DNA of 37,211 bases, from assembly GCA_022759285.1 (NCBI GenBank), contig JAEMPM010000176.1, forward strand, positions 1 to 37,211, given 5' to 3'. The translations under genes were made by a program, and so were the position numbers. Shown here in pieces: positions 23,996 through 33,003 of the stretch (within the stretch, counting starts at the first letter, position 1; each line of letters opens with the position of its first letter). The notes below the pieces were generated by a model, which was given only the letters and a program-made list of their open reading frames with translations, ran no database searches and was not told the DNA's origin. This DNA is from Thermocrinis sp. (GTDB lineage: Bacteria; Aquificota; Aquificia; Aquificales; Aquificaceae).

Positions 23996-24450
23996 TGGGT
24001 TTCAAAGGTGCTTGGAACAAAAGGAATAAGCTTATTGAAGACCTTGATACCTTCCTAAAGCTATACAAGAAAACCCAAAGGGCATACAAAAAGGTAAGGA
24101 AGGTTCAACACACACCAGAGCTTTTCGAAAGGGCCTACCAAAAGTACAAGGAGATCTGGGAGCAATACAGAAAGCTGGTGGATAAAAAAGCTTGGGTTGA
24201 TCCAAAGCTTTGGAGTAGGATAAGGAAGATGAACCAGACAGGAGAGAGAAAGGTTATAAAAACTTACAGCAGGGACACCACCATAATACCCGAGTTTGTA
24301 GGTCACACCATAGCGGTTCACAACGGCAAAACCTTTGTACCTGTTTATATTACTTCTGATATGGTGGGACATAAGTTGGGTGAGTTTGCTCCCACCAGGA
24401 CCTTTAAGGGCCACCCAGATAAGTCTTCAAAGGTGGCCAAGAAGAAGTGA
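23995..24450 (+). CDS. rpsS: 30S ribosomal protein S19 with a ~60-aa N-terminal extension
   Basis: [33 protein letters not shown] in the C-terminal 90 aa; the start overlaps the rplB stop (TAATG). Confidence 0.96.
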   Translation: MGFKGAWNKRNKLIEDLDTFLKLYKKTQRAYKKVRKVQHTPELFERAYQKYKEIWEQYRKLVDKKAWVDPKLWSRIRKMNQTGERKVIKTYSRDTTIIPEFVGHTIAVHNGKTFVPVYITSDMVGHKLGEFAPTRTFKGHPDKSSKVAKKK

Positions 24451-24459
24451 GGTGAGAAC

Positions 24460-24801
24460 ATGGAAGCGAGGGCAATTTTAAGGTATGCTAAGATCTCTCC
24501 TCTAAAGGCAAGGCAGGTGCTGAGGGTCATTCAGGGGATGAGAGCTGGAGATGCCTTGTATCAGCTTAAGTTCATTCCCAAAAAAGCTGCAAGGATAGTG
24601 GAGGGCGTACTAAAGAGCGCTATAGCCAACGCAGAACAGAAGGGTTTGGACCTTGACAGCCTTTACATAAAAAAGGCTGTGGCAGATGATGGACCCATGT
24701 ATAAAAAGTGGATCCCTAGGGCCCACGGTAGGGCGACCATGGTGAGAAAGAGAACTTCTCACATAACTATTGTGTTAGAAGAAAGGAAGGAGGAAGGCTG
24801 A
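24460..24801 (+). CDS. rplV: 50S ribosomal protein L22
   Basis: [29 protein letters not shown]. Confidence 0.98.
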   Translation: MEARAILRYAKISPLKARQVLRVIQGMRAGDALYQLKFIPKKAARIVEGVLKSAIANAEQKGLDLDSLYIKKAVADDGPMYKKWIPRAHGRATMVRKRTSHITIVLEERKEEG

Positions 24802-25499
24802 TGGGTCAGAAAACACATCCTATTGGATTTAGGCTTGGTATTACAAAGGATTGGACCTCCAAGTGGTACGCAGACAAAAAGGAATACACAAAGCTCTTGC
24901 ATCAAGATATAAAGATCAAGGAATACATCAAAAAACGCTACTATGCAGCGGGTGTTTCTAAGGTAATCATTGAGAGGGCAGCGGAAAAGATAAGGATCAG
25001 GATTTTAGTGGCAAGACCGGGAATCATAATAGGTCGTAAGGGTGCAGAGGTAGAACAGCTGAAGAAGGACCTTTTGGCTATAGCCCCCGGTTATAACTAC
25101 AGCATAAACGTAGAGGAGGTTAGAACTCCCGAATTAGATGCTCAGCTTGTAGCGGAGGAAATTGCCCTTCAGATAGAAAGAAGGGTCTCCCACAGACGAG
25201 CAATGAAAAGGGCAATAGACAATGCCCTAAAGGCAGGGGCAAAGGGTGTAAAGGTTCAGGTGAAGGGAAGGATAGGTGGTGCGGAACTGGCAAGGGCAGA
25301 GTGGTTCTTGGTGGGAAGGATGCCCCTTCAGACCCTAAGGGCAGACATAGACTACGGTTTTGCGGTAGCCCAGACCAAGTACGGCGTCTTGGGTGTGAAG
25401 GTTTGGATATACAAGGGAGACATTCTAAAGGGTGGCAAAGAGGAGATCATCAAAAAGATAGAAGAGGATCTTAAAAAGGCAGAAAAGGAGGTAGTCTAA
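24801..25499 (+). CDS. rpsC: 30S ribosomal protein S3
   Basis: [37 protein letters not shown]. Confidence 0.99.
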   Translation: MGQKTHPIGFRLGITKDWTSKWYADKKEYTKLLHQDIKIKEYIKKRYYAAGVSKVIIERAAEKIRIRILVARPGIIIGRKGAEVEQLKKDLLAIAPGYNYSINVEEVRTPELDAQLVAEEIALQIERRVSHRRAMKRAIDNALKAGAKGVKVQVKGRIGGAELARAEWFLVGRMPLQTLRADIDYGFAVAQTKYGVLGVKVWIYKGDILKGGKEEIIKKIEEDLKKAEKEVV

Positions 25500-25500
25500 G

Positions 25501-25929
25501 ATGTCTTTCTTGGCACCTAAAAAGACAAAGTTTAGAAAACAGCAAAGAGGAACATTAAAAGGTAAAGCCTTCAGGGGTAATAAAGTATCCTTTGGAGAGT
25601 ACGGCATACAAGCATTAGAGGCTCATTGGCTTACCCAAAGGCAGATAGAGGCAGGCAGGGTCACTTTGGTTAGAGCTCTAAAAAAAGGTGCGAAGATATG
25701 GGTTACTGTTTTCCCTGACAAGCCCTACACCAGAAAGCCCAATGAGGTTCGTATGGGTGGTGGAAAGGGTGACCCTGAAGGCTTTGTGGCGGTGGTAAAG
25801 CCAGGTAGGATTCTCTATGAATTCTCTGGTGTGTCGGAGGATATGGCGGAAGAGGCTTGCAAGTTGGTGGCGTCTAAATTGCCTATAAAGGTAAGGCTCG
25901 TCAAAAAGCACGGAGGTATTGGAGCATGA
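25501..25929 (+). CDS. rplP: 50S ribosomal protein L16
   Basis: [28 protein letters not shown]. Confidence 0.99.
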   Translation: MSFLAPKKTKFRKQQRGTLKGKAFRGNKVSFGEYGIQALEAHWLTQRQIEAGRVTLVRALKKGAKIWVTVFPDKPYTRKPNEVRMGGGKGDPEGFVAVVKPGRILYEFSGVSEDMAEEACKLVASKLPIKVRLVKKHGGIGA

Positions 25930-26126
25930 AGGCTAAGGAGCTCAGAAACCTTTCCCTCCAAGACCTCTTGAAAAAAGAAGAAGAACTCAGAAGAGAGATT
26001 CTAAACTTACGCTTTAAAAAGCAAATAGAAGGACTTAAGGATAAGATGGCCATCAGGAAAGCAAGAAAAGACTTAGCAAGGGTTCTAACCATTATCAGGG
26101 AAAAGCAGATGGAGGGACAAAAATGA
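25926..26126 (+). CDS. rpmC: 50S ribosomal protein L29
   Basis: [24 protein letters not shown]. Confidence 0.97.
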   Translation: MKAKELRNLSLQDLLKKEEELRREILNLRFKKQIEGLKDKMAIRKARKDLARVLTIIREKQMEGQK

Positions 26127-26428
26127 GCTGGCACACGAAAAGAAAGGAGTTTGTGGGTGTTGTTGTTAGCGACAAAATGGACAAAACGGTGGTGGTGCGT
26201 GTGGATAGAAAAGTGCCCCACCCTATATACAAAAAGCACATCATAAAGAGCAAAAAATACCACGCCCACGATCCCAACAACGAGTGCAAGGTGGGAGACG
26301 TGGTGGTCATAAGGGAGACAAGACCCCTCTCAAAAACAAAAAGATGGGTAGTAGTTAAGATATTACAGAGAGCTAAATCTCCAGAAATTCTTCAAGAAAC
26401 TCCTCAGGAAACTTCTCAAGAAACTTAA
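26123..26428 (+). CDS. rpsQ: 30S ribosomal protein S17
   Basis: [31 protein letters not shown]. Confidence 0.98.
   Translation: MSWHTKRKEFVGVVVSDKMDKTVVVRVDRKVPHPIYKKHIIKSKKYHAHDPNNECKVGDVVVIRETRPLSKTKRWVVVKILQRAKSPEILQETPQETSQET
26381..26425 (+). repeat. Degenerate 12-bp tandem repeat in the rpsQ tail ([15 protein letters not shown])
   Basis: ccagaaattctt / caagaaactcct / caggaaacttct / caagaaact. Confidence 0.7.
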
Positions 26429-26769
26429 TGCGTGTTCTATTTTTGGTAAAAGGCGACCCTTTTTCTTGGAGATGCCACGAAGCTTTAAGGGTGGCTTTGG
26501 CTTTAGGTATAAATCACGAGGTTTTCCTTGTTTTTATAAAGGATGGAGTTTATGCTCTAACCAAGTGGAAGTACGAAAAACTCCTTATACATGGCTTTGA
26601 AAAGCTCTTGGAGAACATAGGTTATGTAAATGTTAAGCTCTTCGTGGAAGATCTCTCTGCGGAAGAGAGGGGACTAAAAAAGGAAGATTTTGCAGTTGAT
26701 GTAGAGTTTGTAAACACGGAAAGCGTAAAAGACATGTTGGCTTCTTCGGAGGCAGTTCTGGTATGGTAA
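26428..26769 (+). CDS. DsrE/DsrF (TusC-like) family sulfur-relay protein
   Basis: EALRVALAL, VFIKDGVYAL, SAEERGL motifs typical of the DsrEFH fold; start coupled to the rpsQ stop (TAATG). Confidence 0.75.
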   Translation: MRVLFLVKGDPFSWRCHEALRVALALGINHEVFLVFIKDGVYALTKWKYEKLLIHGFEKLLENIGYVNVKLFVEDLSAEERGLKKEDFAVDVEFVNTESVKDMLASSEAVLVW

Positions 26770-27002
26770 AGACCCTATGGTTGGTTAGAAAACTGGGAGA
26801 CTTCAGTTCTGACTTGGTGGAAGAGGATGATATTGTGGTGTTGGTTCAGGACGCTGTGCTTAGGTTTCCGTACAAGAAAAACTGGTATGCCTGCAAAGAG
26901 GATGTGGAGGGTAGGGGATTGAAGGTAAATCCAGATAAGCTAAAGTCTTATGAGGATATTGCAGAGCTCATTCTTACAGCCCAAAAGGTGGTCGTCTGGT
27001 AG
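26763..27002 (+). CDS. DsrH/TusB family protein
   Basis: VVLVQDAV, EDVEGRGL, SYEDIAELI, terminal VVW; 79 aa. Confidence 0.75.
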   Translation: MVKTLWLVRKLGDFSSDLVEEDDIVVLVQDAVLRFPYKKNWYACKEDVEGRGLKVNPDKLKSYEDIAELILTAQKVVVW

Positions 27003-27008
27003 TATAAT
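27003..27008 (+). promoter_or_regulatory. -10 box TATAAT placing a predicted TSS on the frdA/sdhA ATG
   Basis: TATAAT is followed by 6 nt and then ATG 27015; no SD is present. Confidence 0.5.
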
Positions 27009-27014
27009 TTCCTT

Positions 27015-28721
27015 ATGAATTACTACGATGTTGTAGTAGTTGGTGCTGGTGGTGCTGGTTTGAGGGCTGCCATAGAGGCAAGTTTGGACCCAACCATCCG
27101 AGTGGCGGTAGTTTCAAAGGTATATCCCACTCGCTCTCACACAGGTGCAGCTCAAGGTGGCATAAACGCAGCTCTTGGAAATGTAATTCCGGATGATTCT
27201 CCTGAATCTCATGCCTTTGATACCATAAAGGGTTCTGACTTTTTGGCAGACCAAGAGGCAGTTTTTTTTATGTGCGAAAACGCCCCGGAGATCATATACG
27301 AACTGGACCGATGGGGTGTGCCCTTTTCTCGCCTACCAGATGGCAGGATCGCCCAAAGACCTTTTGGTGGTGCATCCTTTCCACGAACAGTCTTTTCCGC
27401 AGATAGGACTGGGCATGTGATCCTACACACCCTCTTTGAGCAAGCTTTGGCAAGGGAAAACATTCACTTTTACAACGAATACTTCTTGTTGGACATCATC
27501 CACGATGGCAACAGGGTAAAGGGCGTAGCCCTCTATGACATAAAAAACGGAGAAGTTGTAAACCTTAGGGCAAAGGCGGTAATACTGGCTACAGGAGGCT
27601 TTGCCCGCATTTACTGGAAGAGAAGCACAAACGCCATAGGCAATACAGGGGATGGAGTGGCAGCTGCATTAAGGGCAGGGCTTTCACTAAAGGATATGGA
27701 ATTTATCCAGTTTCATCCTACGGGCCTGGCAAAGACGGGAATACTGCTTTCGGAAGCCTGTAGGGGAGAAGGTGGGTATCTTCTCAACGCCTTGGGAGAA
27801 AGGTTTATGCAAAGGTATGCACCTGAGAAGATGGAGTTGGCACCAAGAGACATGGTTTCAAGAGCTATAGAGTATGAGATAAGGGAAGGCAGGGGTGTAG
27901 GAGAAGGTACCTCCGCCTATGTGTATCTGGACCTTAGACACTTAGGAGAGGAAAAGATCAAGGAAAGGCTTCCTCAGGTAAGACAGCTTGCCATAGATTT
28001 TGAAGGTGTTGACCCGGTTAAGGACCTCGTGCCCATAAGACCAACCGCCCACTACTGTATGGGTGGTATCCATGTGGTAAATTACAGAACAAGCGGAACC
28101 GAGTTAGAAGGACTCTATGCAGTGGGAGAGTGCGCCTGCGTTTCAGTGCATGGTGCCAACCGATTGGGAGGAAATTCCTTAACGGAGATTTTGGTTTTTG
28201 GTAAATTCTGCGGTATATCCGCAAGGGAGTATGCTAAGCAGGTGGATTGGCTACCACTAACAGAAGGTGAAGAAAAGAGGGCTCAGGAGTTTATAGAGGG
28301 GCTTATGAAAAGGGAAGGCACAGAAAAATTAGCGGAAGTCAGAAAACGCATGGGAGATATCACCTGGGAAAAGGTGGGAATATTTAGGGATGAGAAGTCC
28401 CTTAGGTCTGCCTATGAGGAGCTCGGGGAACTTTTGGAAAGATGGGAACGCATTCCGGTGGTGGATAAAAGCAAGGTGTTTAATACCAACCTGGTGGAGC
28501 TTTTGGAACTCAGAAACATGTTAGAGCTGGCGAGGGTAGTTGCCTTTTCTGCCCTGCACAGGAAGGAATCAAGGGGAGGACATATGAGAGAAGACTATCC
28601 AAACAGGGATGACAAAAACTTCTTAAAACATACTTTGGTACGAAAGGTGGGGGACCGCCTTGAGCTTGAATATATACCCGTGAATATTGTTAAGTATGAA
28701 CCTGCCCAAAGAAACTACTGA
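27015..28721 (+). CDS. Fumarate reductase/succinate dehydrogenase flavoprotein subunit (FrdA/SdhA)
   Basis: GAGGAG, RSHTGAAQGG (covalent-FAD His), QFHPTG, SEACRGEGG, ELAPRD, HYCMGG, HGANRLGGNSL. Direction of catalysis cannot be read from sequence alone. Confidence 0.93.
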   Translation: MNYYDVVVVGAGGAGLRAAIEASLDPTIRVAVVSKVYPTRSHTGAAQGGINAALGNVIPDDSPESHAFDTIKGSDFLADQEAVFFMCENAPEIIYELDRWGVPFSRLPDGRIAQRPFGGASFPRTVFSADRTGHVILHTLFEQALARENIHFYNEYFLLDIIHDGNRVKGVALYDIKNGEVVNLRAKAVILATGGFARIYWKRSTNAIGNTGDGVAAALRAGLSLKDMEFIQFHPTGLAKTGILLSEACRGEGGYLLNALGERFMQRYAPEKMELAPRDMVSRAIEYEIREGRGVGEGTSAYVYLDLRHLGEEKIKERLPQVRQLAIDFEGVDPVKDLVPIRPTAHYCMGGIHVVNYRTSGTELEGLYAVGECACVSVHGANRLGGNSLTEILVFGKFCGISAREYAKQVDWLPLTEGEEKRAQEFIEGLMKREGTEKLAEVRKRMGDITWEKVGIFRDEKSLRSAYEELGELLERWERIPVVDKSKVFNTNLVELLELRNMLELARVVAFSALHRKESRGGHMREDYPNRDDKNFLKHTLVRKVGDRLELEYIPVNIVKYEPAQRNY

Positions 28722-29803
28722 TGAAGGTTGGAATCCTCGGTGGTGGGCAGTTAGGTTGGATGACCATCTTAGAGGGGAGAAAGCTCGGCTTTGAATTCTG
28801 CGTAGCAGACAATACGCCTCACTCTCCGGCCTGCAGGGTTGCGGACCTTTGCTTTGACTACAGCCAAATAGATGAGTTTGTTAAGCTCTGCGATGTCATA
28901 ACCTACGAATTTGAGCATATACCGGAGGAGGTCTTGGAAAAGACTGCGCCCTTGACCTTTCCCTCCGTGGAGATTTTGAAGCTAAAAAAGAGTAAGGTAG
29001 AAGAAAAGCTCTTTCTGAAAAAAAGGGGCTACCCCGTACCTACTTTTACCGTAGCCTTTAAGGAGGATTTAGAACAAAAGGTAGGGCTTTTGAACCTTCC
29101 CGTGGTGGTAAAGGCGGAGACTTTGGGATACGATGGTAAGGGACAGTATTTGATAAAAAGTCTAAATGATCTTCAGAAGGTAAAAACCAATCATGGAGAA
29201 AAGGAGAGGTTCTTGGTGGAGGAGTTTGTGGACTTTGACTTTGAGCTTTCTATAATAGGAGTACGGAGTTCAAGGGGAGAGGTACGTTTATATCCACCCA
29301 CCATAAACTATCACAGAGAGGGTATTCTCTTTTACAACCACACCACCTCTATGGTGTTCCCAGAGGGTGAAGAGATAGTGCGATCTTTGATGGAGGAGCT
29401 AAACTTAGTAGGTGTGCTTTGCGTAGAGTTCTTTTACACCAAGGAAGGAAAACTTTTGATAAACGAAATGGCACCCCGGGTGCACAATACCGGACATCAT
29501 ACCTTAGATTCTGCCTACACATCCCAGTTTGAAAACCTGCTCAGGGCAATAACTGGGCTTCCCTTGGGTTCTACAAAGCTGAAGTCTCACGCAGGCATGT
29601 TGAACTTGCTCGGAGTTTCCTATGACGAAATTGACTGGAGAAAAGTTCTTTCTATAGAGGGCACCAAGCTCTATTGGTACGGCAAAGAAAAAAGGCACAG
29701 AAGGAAAATGGGACACATCAATCTGGTGGCAAGTACGGAAGAAGAGGTAGTAGAGAAACTTAACCAGCTTTACGACATGATCTACGAGCCCATCAAGTGT
29801 TGA
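28721..29803 (+). CDS. purK: N5-carboxyaminoimidazole ribonucleotide synthase
   Basis: GILGGGQLG, ITYEFEH, GYDGKGQ, NEMAPRVHNTGH, SQFENLLRA, RKMGH. Confidence 0.95.
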   Translation: MKVGILGGGQLGWMTILEGRKLGFEFCVADNTPHSPACRVADLCFDYSQIDEFVKLCDVITYEFEHIPEEVLEKTAPLTFPSVEILKLKKSKVEEKLFLKKRGYPVPTFTVAFKEDLEQKVGLLNLPVVVKAETLGYDGKGQYLIKSLNDLQKVKTNHGEKERFLVEEFVDFDFELSIIGVRSSRGEVRLYPPTINYHREGILFYNHTTSMVFPEGEEIVRSLMEELNLVGVLCVEFFYTKEGKLLINEMAPRVHNTGHHTLDSAYTSQFENLLRAITGLPLGSTKLKSHAGMLNLLGVSYDEIDWRKVLSIEGTKLYWYGKEKRHRRKMGHINLVASTEEEVVEKLNQLYDMIYEPIKC

Positions 29804-29926
29804 GGTGTTGGTAGGTCTCCGAAGTTTCTGGCATCTATAGACTGGGCTGGTTAATGGTCAGAATCTCAAGAAGTTTTGAGTTTGCGATGGAATGGATGCA
29901 TGAAACTTTTGGGAAGAGGAATTAGG

Positions 29927-29954
29927 TTGAGAGTGCAATTTTACAAGTTATAAT
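29927..29954 (+). promoter_or_regulatory. Sigma70-type promoter upstream of lptB
   Basis: TTGAGA-16 nt-TATAAT, 10 nt before TTG 29965. Confidence 0.6.
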
Positions 29955-29964
29955 TAAACTTGGC

Positions 29965-30690
29965 TTGGAGAAAAGGCTTTCTGCACATAACTTGAAGAAA
30001 AGCTTCAAGGGTAGGGAAGTTTTAAAGGGTATAGACCTTTACATTGAAAGGGGAGAGGTGGTGGGGTTACTTGGTCCCAATGGGGCGGGTAAAACCACCC
30101 TCTTTAACTGTTTGGTGGGCTTCCTTTCGGTAGATGATGGAACCATAGAGTTGGAAGGAAAGGACATTACTCATCTGCCTACCCACGAAAGGGCTAAGGA
30201 AGGCATATCCTTTTTGCCACAGGAACATACCCTCTTTGAAGACCTAACAGTTATAGAAAACCTCCTGATCTTTTTGGAGTTCTTTGAGGAGAGCAAGGAG
30301 AGCGCTTTGGCAAGAGCGGAGGAATTGCTTTCGGACTTTGGACTTTATGAACTGAGAAACCAAAAGGCAGGAAATCTTTCCGGCGGTCAGAAAAGAAGAT
30401 TAGAGATCGCAAGGGCGCTGATCCCAAAACCCAAGTATCTATTCTTTGACGAGCCCTTTGCGGGCATAGACCCTATAATGGTGGCAGACATAAAGGAGTT
30501 AATTCTAAATCTAAAGGCCCAAGATATAGGTGTCTTGATCACCGACCACAACGTAAGGGAAACCATAAGGCTCGTAGATAGGGTTTACATAATCTCAGAA
30601 GGTACGGTGATAGCCCAAGGTCCGCCAAAGGATGTTATTTTGAATCAAAAGGTGAGAGAAGTTTATTTGGGTAAGGACTTCCATCTGTGA
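29965..30690 (+). CDS. lptB: LPS export ABC transporter ATP-binding protein
   Basis: GLLGPNGAGKTT, LSGGQKRRLEIARAL, DEPFAGIDP, LITDHNVRET, VREVYLG. Confidence 0.93.
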   Translation: MEKRLSAHNLKKSFKGREVLKGIDLYIERGEVVGLLGPNGAGKTTLFNCLVGFLSVDDGTIELEGKDITHLPTHERAKEGISFLPQEHTLFEDLTVIENLLIFLEFFEESKESALARAEELLSDFGLYELRNQKAGNLSGGQKRRLEIARALIPKPKYLFFDEPFAGIDPIMVADIKELILNLKAQDIGVLITDHNVRETIRLVDRVYIISEGTVIAQGPPKDVILNQKVREVYLGKDFHL

Positions 30691-32263
30691 TCTCTTTAAA
30701 AAGCTCTCTGACCGCACTTTTCCAGTCCTTCTTTCCCTCCTCCACTAGGTCCAGTACTTCCTCCATCTTGGCGGTGTATTGGTAATCCACCAGCTTTGGA
30801 AAGTTCTCCATAAGATAGTCAAGCACCAAGAAGGCGGTCTCTGTGGGCTTTAGGTAGCCCTTTTCCACTACTACATAGCCTCTCTCTTTTAGGGTTTTTA
30901 TGATCGTCGCATATGTAGAGGGTCTTCCAATACCTAAGCTCTCAAGTTTTTTTACCAGGGATCCTTCCGTGTATCTTTTTGGTGGCTCTGTTTGTCTTTC
31001 TTCCAAGATGATCTTTTGTGGTTTGAGAACCTGTCCCTTTTCAAGCTTGGGCAGTTTCTCCTCCATAAAGTCATAGTCTTCAAACTTTGTCCATCCGTCA
31101 AAGACTAAAACTCTTCCCTTTGCAACAAAATCGAAGGGAATACCTTGCGTCAAAGGAGTAAGCATCACCTTAGTGTTTTTCAAGACTGCAGGAGTAGAAA
31201 GGCTTGCCAAAGTTCTGCTCACAATCAGTTCAAAGAGCTCAAGGCTATCCCCCGGTGGCGGTTTTTTAACTAAGCTTGTGGGCCTTATGCATTCGTGGGC
31301 AGATTGCACATGAGCCTTTTCTCTAAACTTTCTTAACTTCCCTACATACTCCGCACCGTAATTTTCTTCTATCCACCGAAGGAACTCCGTAGCCTTTTCA
31401 GGGCTCATCCGGTGGGCGTCCGTTCTTGGGTAGGTAATGTAACCTTCTTCGTAGAGCAGTTGGGCAAGCTTTGTGGTTTTTTCCACGCTAAAGCCAAGCC
31501 TTTTGTTGGCGGTCTCTTGTAGTTCGGGTGTGTTAAAGGGCTTGGGCGGTGGCACCATTTCCTCCCACTCTTGAACTTCCTTGACTTCAAAGAAGACATC
31601 CTTTAGCTTTTCCAGGTAGGGCTTGGCGTTATCTGGCTTTTCAAACCTTACACCCAAGTAAGCAGAAAATCCTTCAAAGACCGCTTTGATGTAGTAGAAC
31701 TTTTTCCTTTTAAAGGATTGGATTTCCCTCTCCCTTTCCACTATGAGCCTCAGAGCGGGAGATTGAACCCTTCCTACAGAGAGTCCTCTTGTTTTTAAGC
31801 TCTTCTGAAGTTCTGGCGAAAGGAGATAGCCTATGAGTCTGTCAAGGACCCTTCTGGCAAACTGGGCTTTAACCAAGTTCATGTTGATGTTTGTCTGTTC
31901 CTTTATAGCTTTTTGGAGGGCGGACTTGGTGATCTCGTAAAAGTACACACGCCTTATTGGGATGTTTATAACCTTTTTTAACTCCTCCCAAAGAAAGTAG
32001 GATATTGCTTCTCCTTCTCTGTCTGGGTCTGTTCCCAAAAGCACAAGTTGGGCTTTAAGGCTACTTTTTTTGATCTCATCAAACAACTTCTTCTTTCCCT
32101 CTTTCCACAAAAAGGTAGGATTTAGCGTTTCTAAGTCTACACCTAATCGATCCTCGGGTAGATCCTTAATGTGCCCACCGGTTGCCTTGACCAAATAGTC
32201 CTTTCCCAAATACTTACTTATAGTCTTTGCCTTTGTGAAAGATTCCACCAAAAACAGGATCAT
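30635..32263 (-). CDS. topA: Type IA DNA topoisomerase I, short form without zinc ribbons
   Basis: TOPRIM (VES...KAKTI, TDPDREGEAI), SVGRVQS, active-site GYITYPRTD, AHECIRPT, GIGRPSTYA; ATG 32263 coupled to the trmD stop. Confidence 0.94.
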   Translation of the reverse strand: MILFLVESFTKAKTISKYLGKDYLVKATGGHIKDLPEDRLGVDLETLNPTFLWKEGKKKLFDEIKKSSLKAQLVLLGTDPDREGEAISYFLWEELKKVINIPIRRVYFYEITKSALQKAIKEQTNINMNLVKAQFARRVLDRLIGYLLSPELQKSLKTRGLSVGRVQSPALRLIVEREREIQSFKRKKFYYIKAVFEGFSAYLGVRFEKPDNAKPYLEKLKDVFFEVKEVQEWEEMVPPPKPFNTPELQETANKRLGFSVEKTTKLAQLLYEEGYITYPRTDAHRMSPEKATEFLRWIEENYGAEYVGKLRKFREKAHVQSAHECIRPTSLVKKPPPGDSLELFELIVSRTLASLSTPAVLKNTKVMLTPLTQGIPFDFVAKGRVLVFDGWTKFEDYDFMEEKLPKLEKGQVLKPQKIILEERQTEPPKRYTEGSLVKKLESLGIGRPSTYATIIKTLKERGYVVVEKGYLKPTETAFLVLDYLMENFPKLVDYQYTAKMEEVLDLVEEGKKDWKSAVRELFKEITDGSPYPNKLLSPFDSK

Positions 32264-33003
32264 CTTTTTTGAACCCACTCCTCAAAGCTGAGGTTCTCTT
32301 TTATAGCCCTTAGCATCTCTTCCTCCAAGGGGGTAAGATCTTTGGGAATGAGGTCTGGCCTTTTTTCCAAGGTTCTTTTTATAGAGTGCCACAGTTCCCA
32401 AAGCTCAATCATTTTATGGTTGCCTGAAAGCAAAATTTCAGGTACCTTCATGCCTCTGAACTCCGCGGGTCTGGTATACACAGGAGAACCCAGCCACCTT
32501 CTGAAGGAGTCCCTCTCTATGCTTTGCGGGTCGCTGAGAACACCTGGCAAGAGCCTTGCAATGCCTTCCAAGAGCACTAAGCCAAAGAGCTCACCACCGG
32601 AGAGCACAAAGTCTCCCAAAGAGAGTTCCTCGTCCGCCAAAGTGCTTACCCTTTCGTCTATACCCTCATATCTTCCACATATTACAAGCAAGCTGTCAAG
32701 CTTTGAGAGCCTGTCCAAGTCTTTCTGGTCTATTACCTTCCCCCAAGGTTGTGGGATTATAACGTAAGGCTTTCCATACTTGCTCACAAGATCTTCGTAT
32801 GCTAAAAAGATAGGTTCGGGCTTTAAAACCATACCCGGATGCCCTCCATAGGCATAGTCATCCACCCTTCCCTTTTCTGCGTAGTCCCTTGGGTTTATGG
32901 CTACCACCTCTAAAGCACCCTTTTTTATTGCTTGGGATACAATCCCATGCTCACAAAAGCATTTCACAAGGTCTGGAAATATGGTAAGGAAGAAGAACTT
33001 CAT
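32260..33003 (-). CDS. trmD: tRNA (guanine37-N1)-methyltransferase
   Basis: VDDYAYGGHPGM, CGRYEGIDER, SLGDFVLSGGE, YTRP, VPEILLSGNH. Confidence 0.97.
   Translation of the reverse strand: MKFFFLTIFPDLVKCFCEHGIVSQAIKKGALEVVAINPRDYAEKGRVDDYAYGGHPGMVLKPEPIFLAYEDLVSKYGKPYVIIPQPWGKVIDQKDLDRLSKLDSLLVICGRYEGIDERVSTLADEELSLGDFVLSGGELFGLVLLEGIARLLPGVLSDPQSIERDSFRRWLGSPVYTRPAEFRGMKVPEILLSGNHKMIELWELWHSIKRTLEKRPDLIPKDLTPLEEEMLRAIKENLSFEEWVQKR

Noticed and set aside
3163-26310. Many minus-strand ORFs, up to 256 aa (9719-10489)
   Set aside because: Antisense to highly conserved tuf/rpo/fus/r-protein genes and expected from codon bias.
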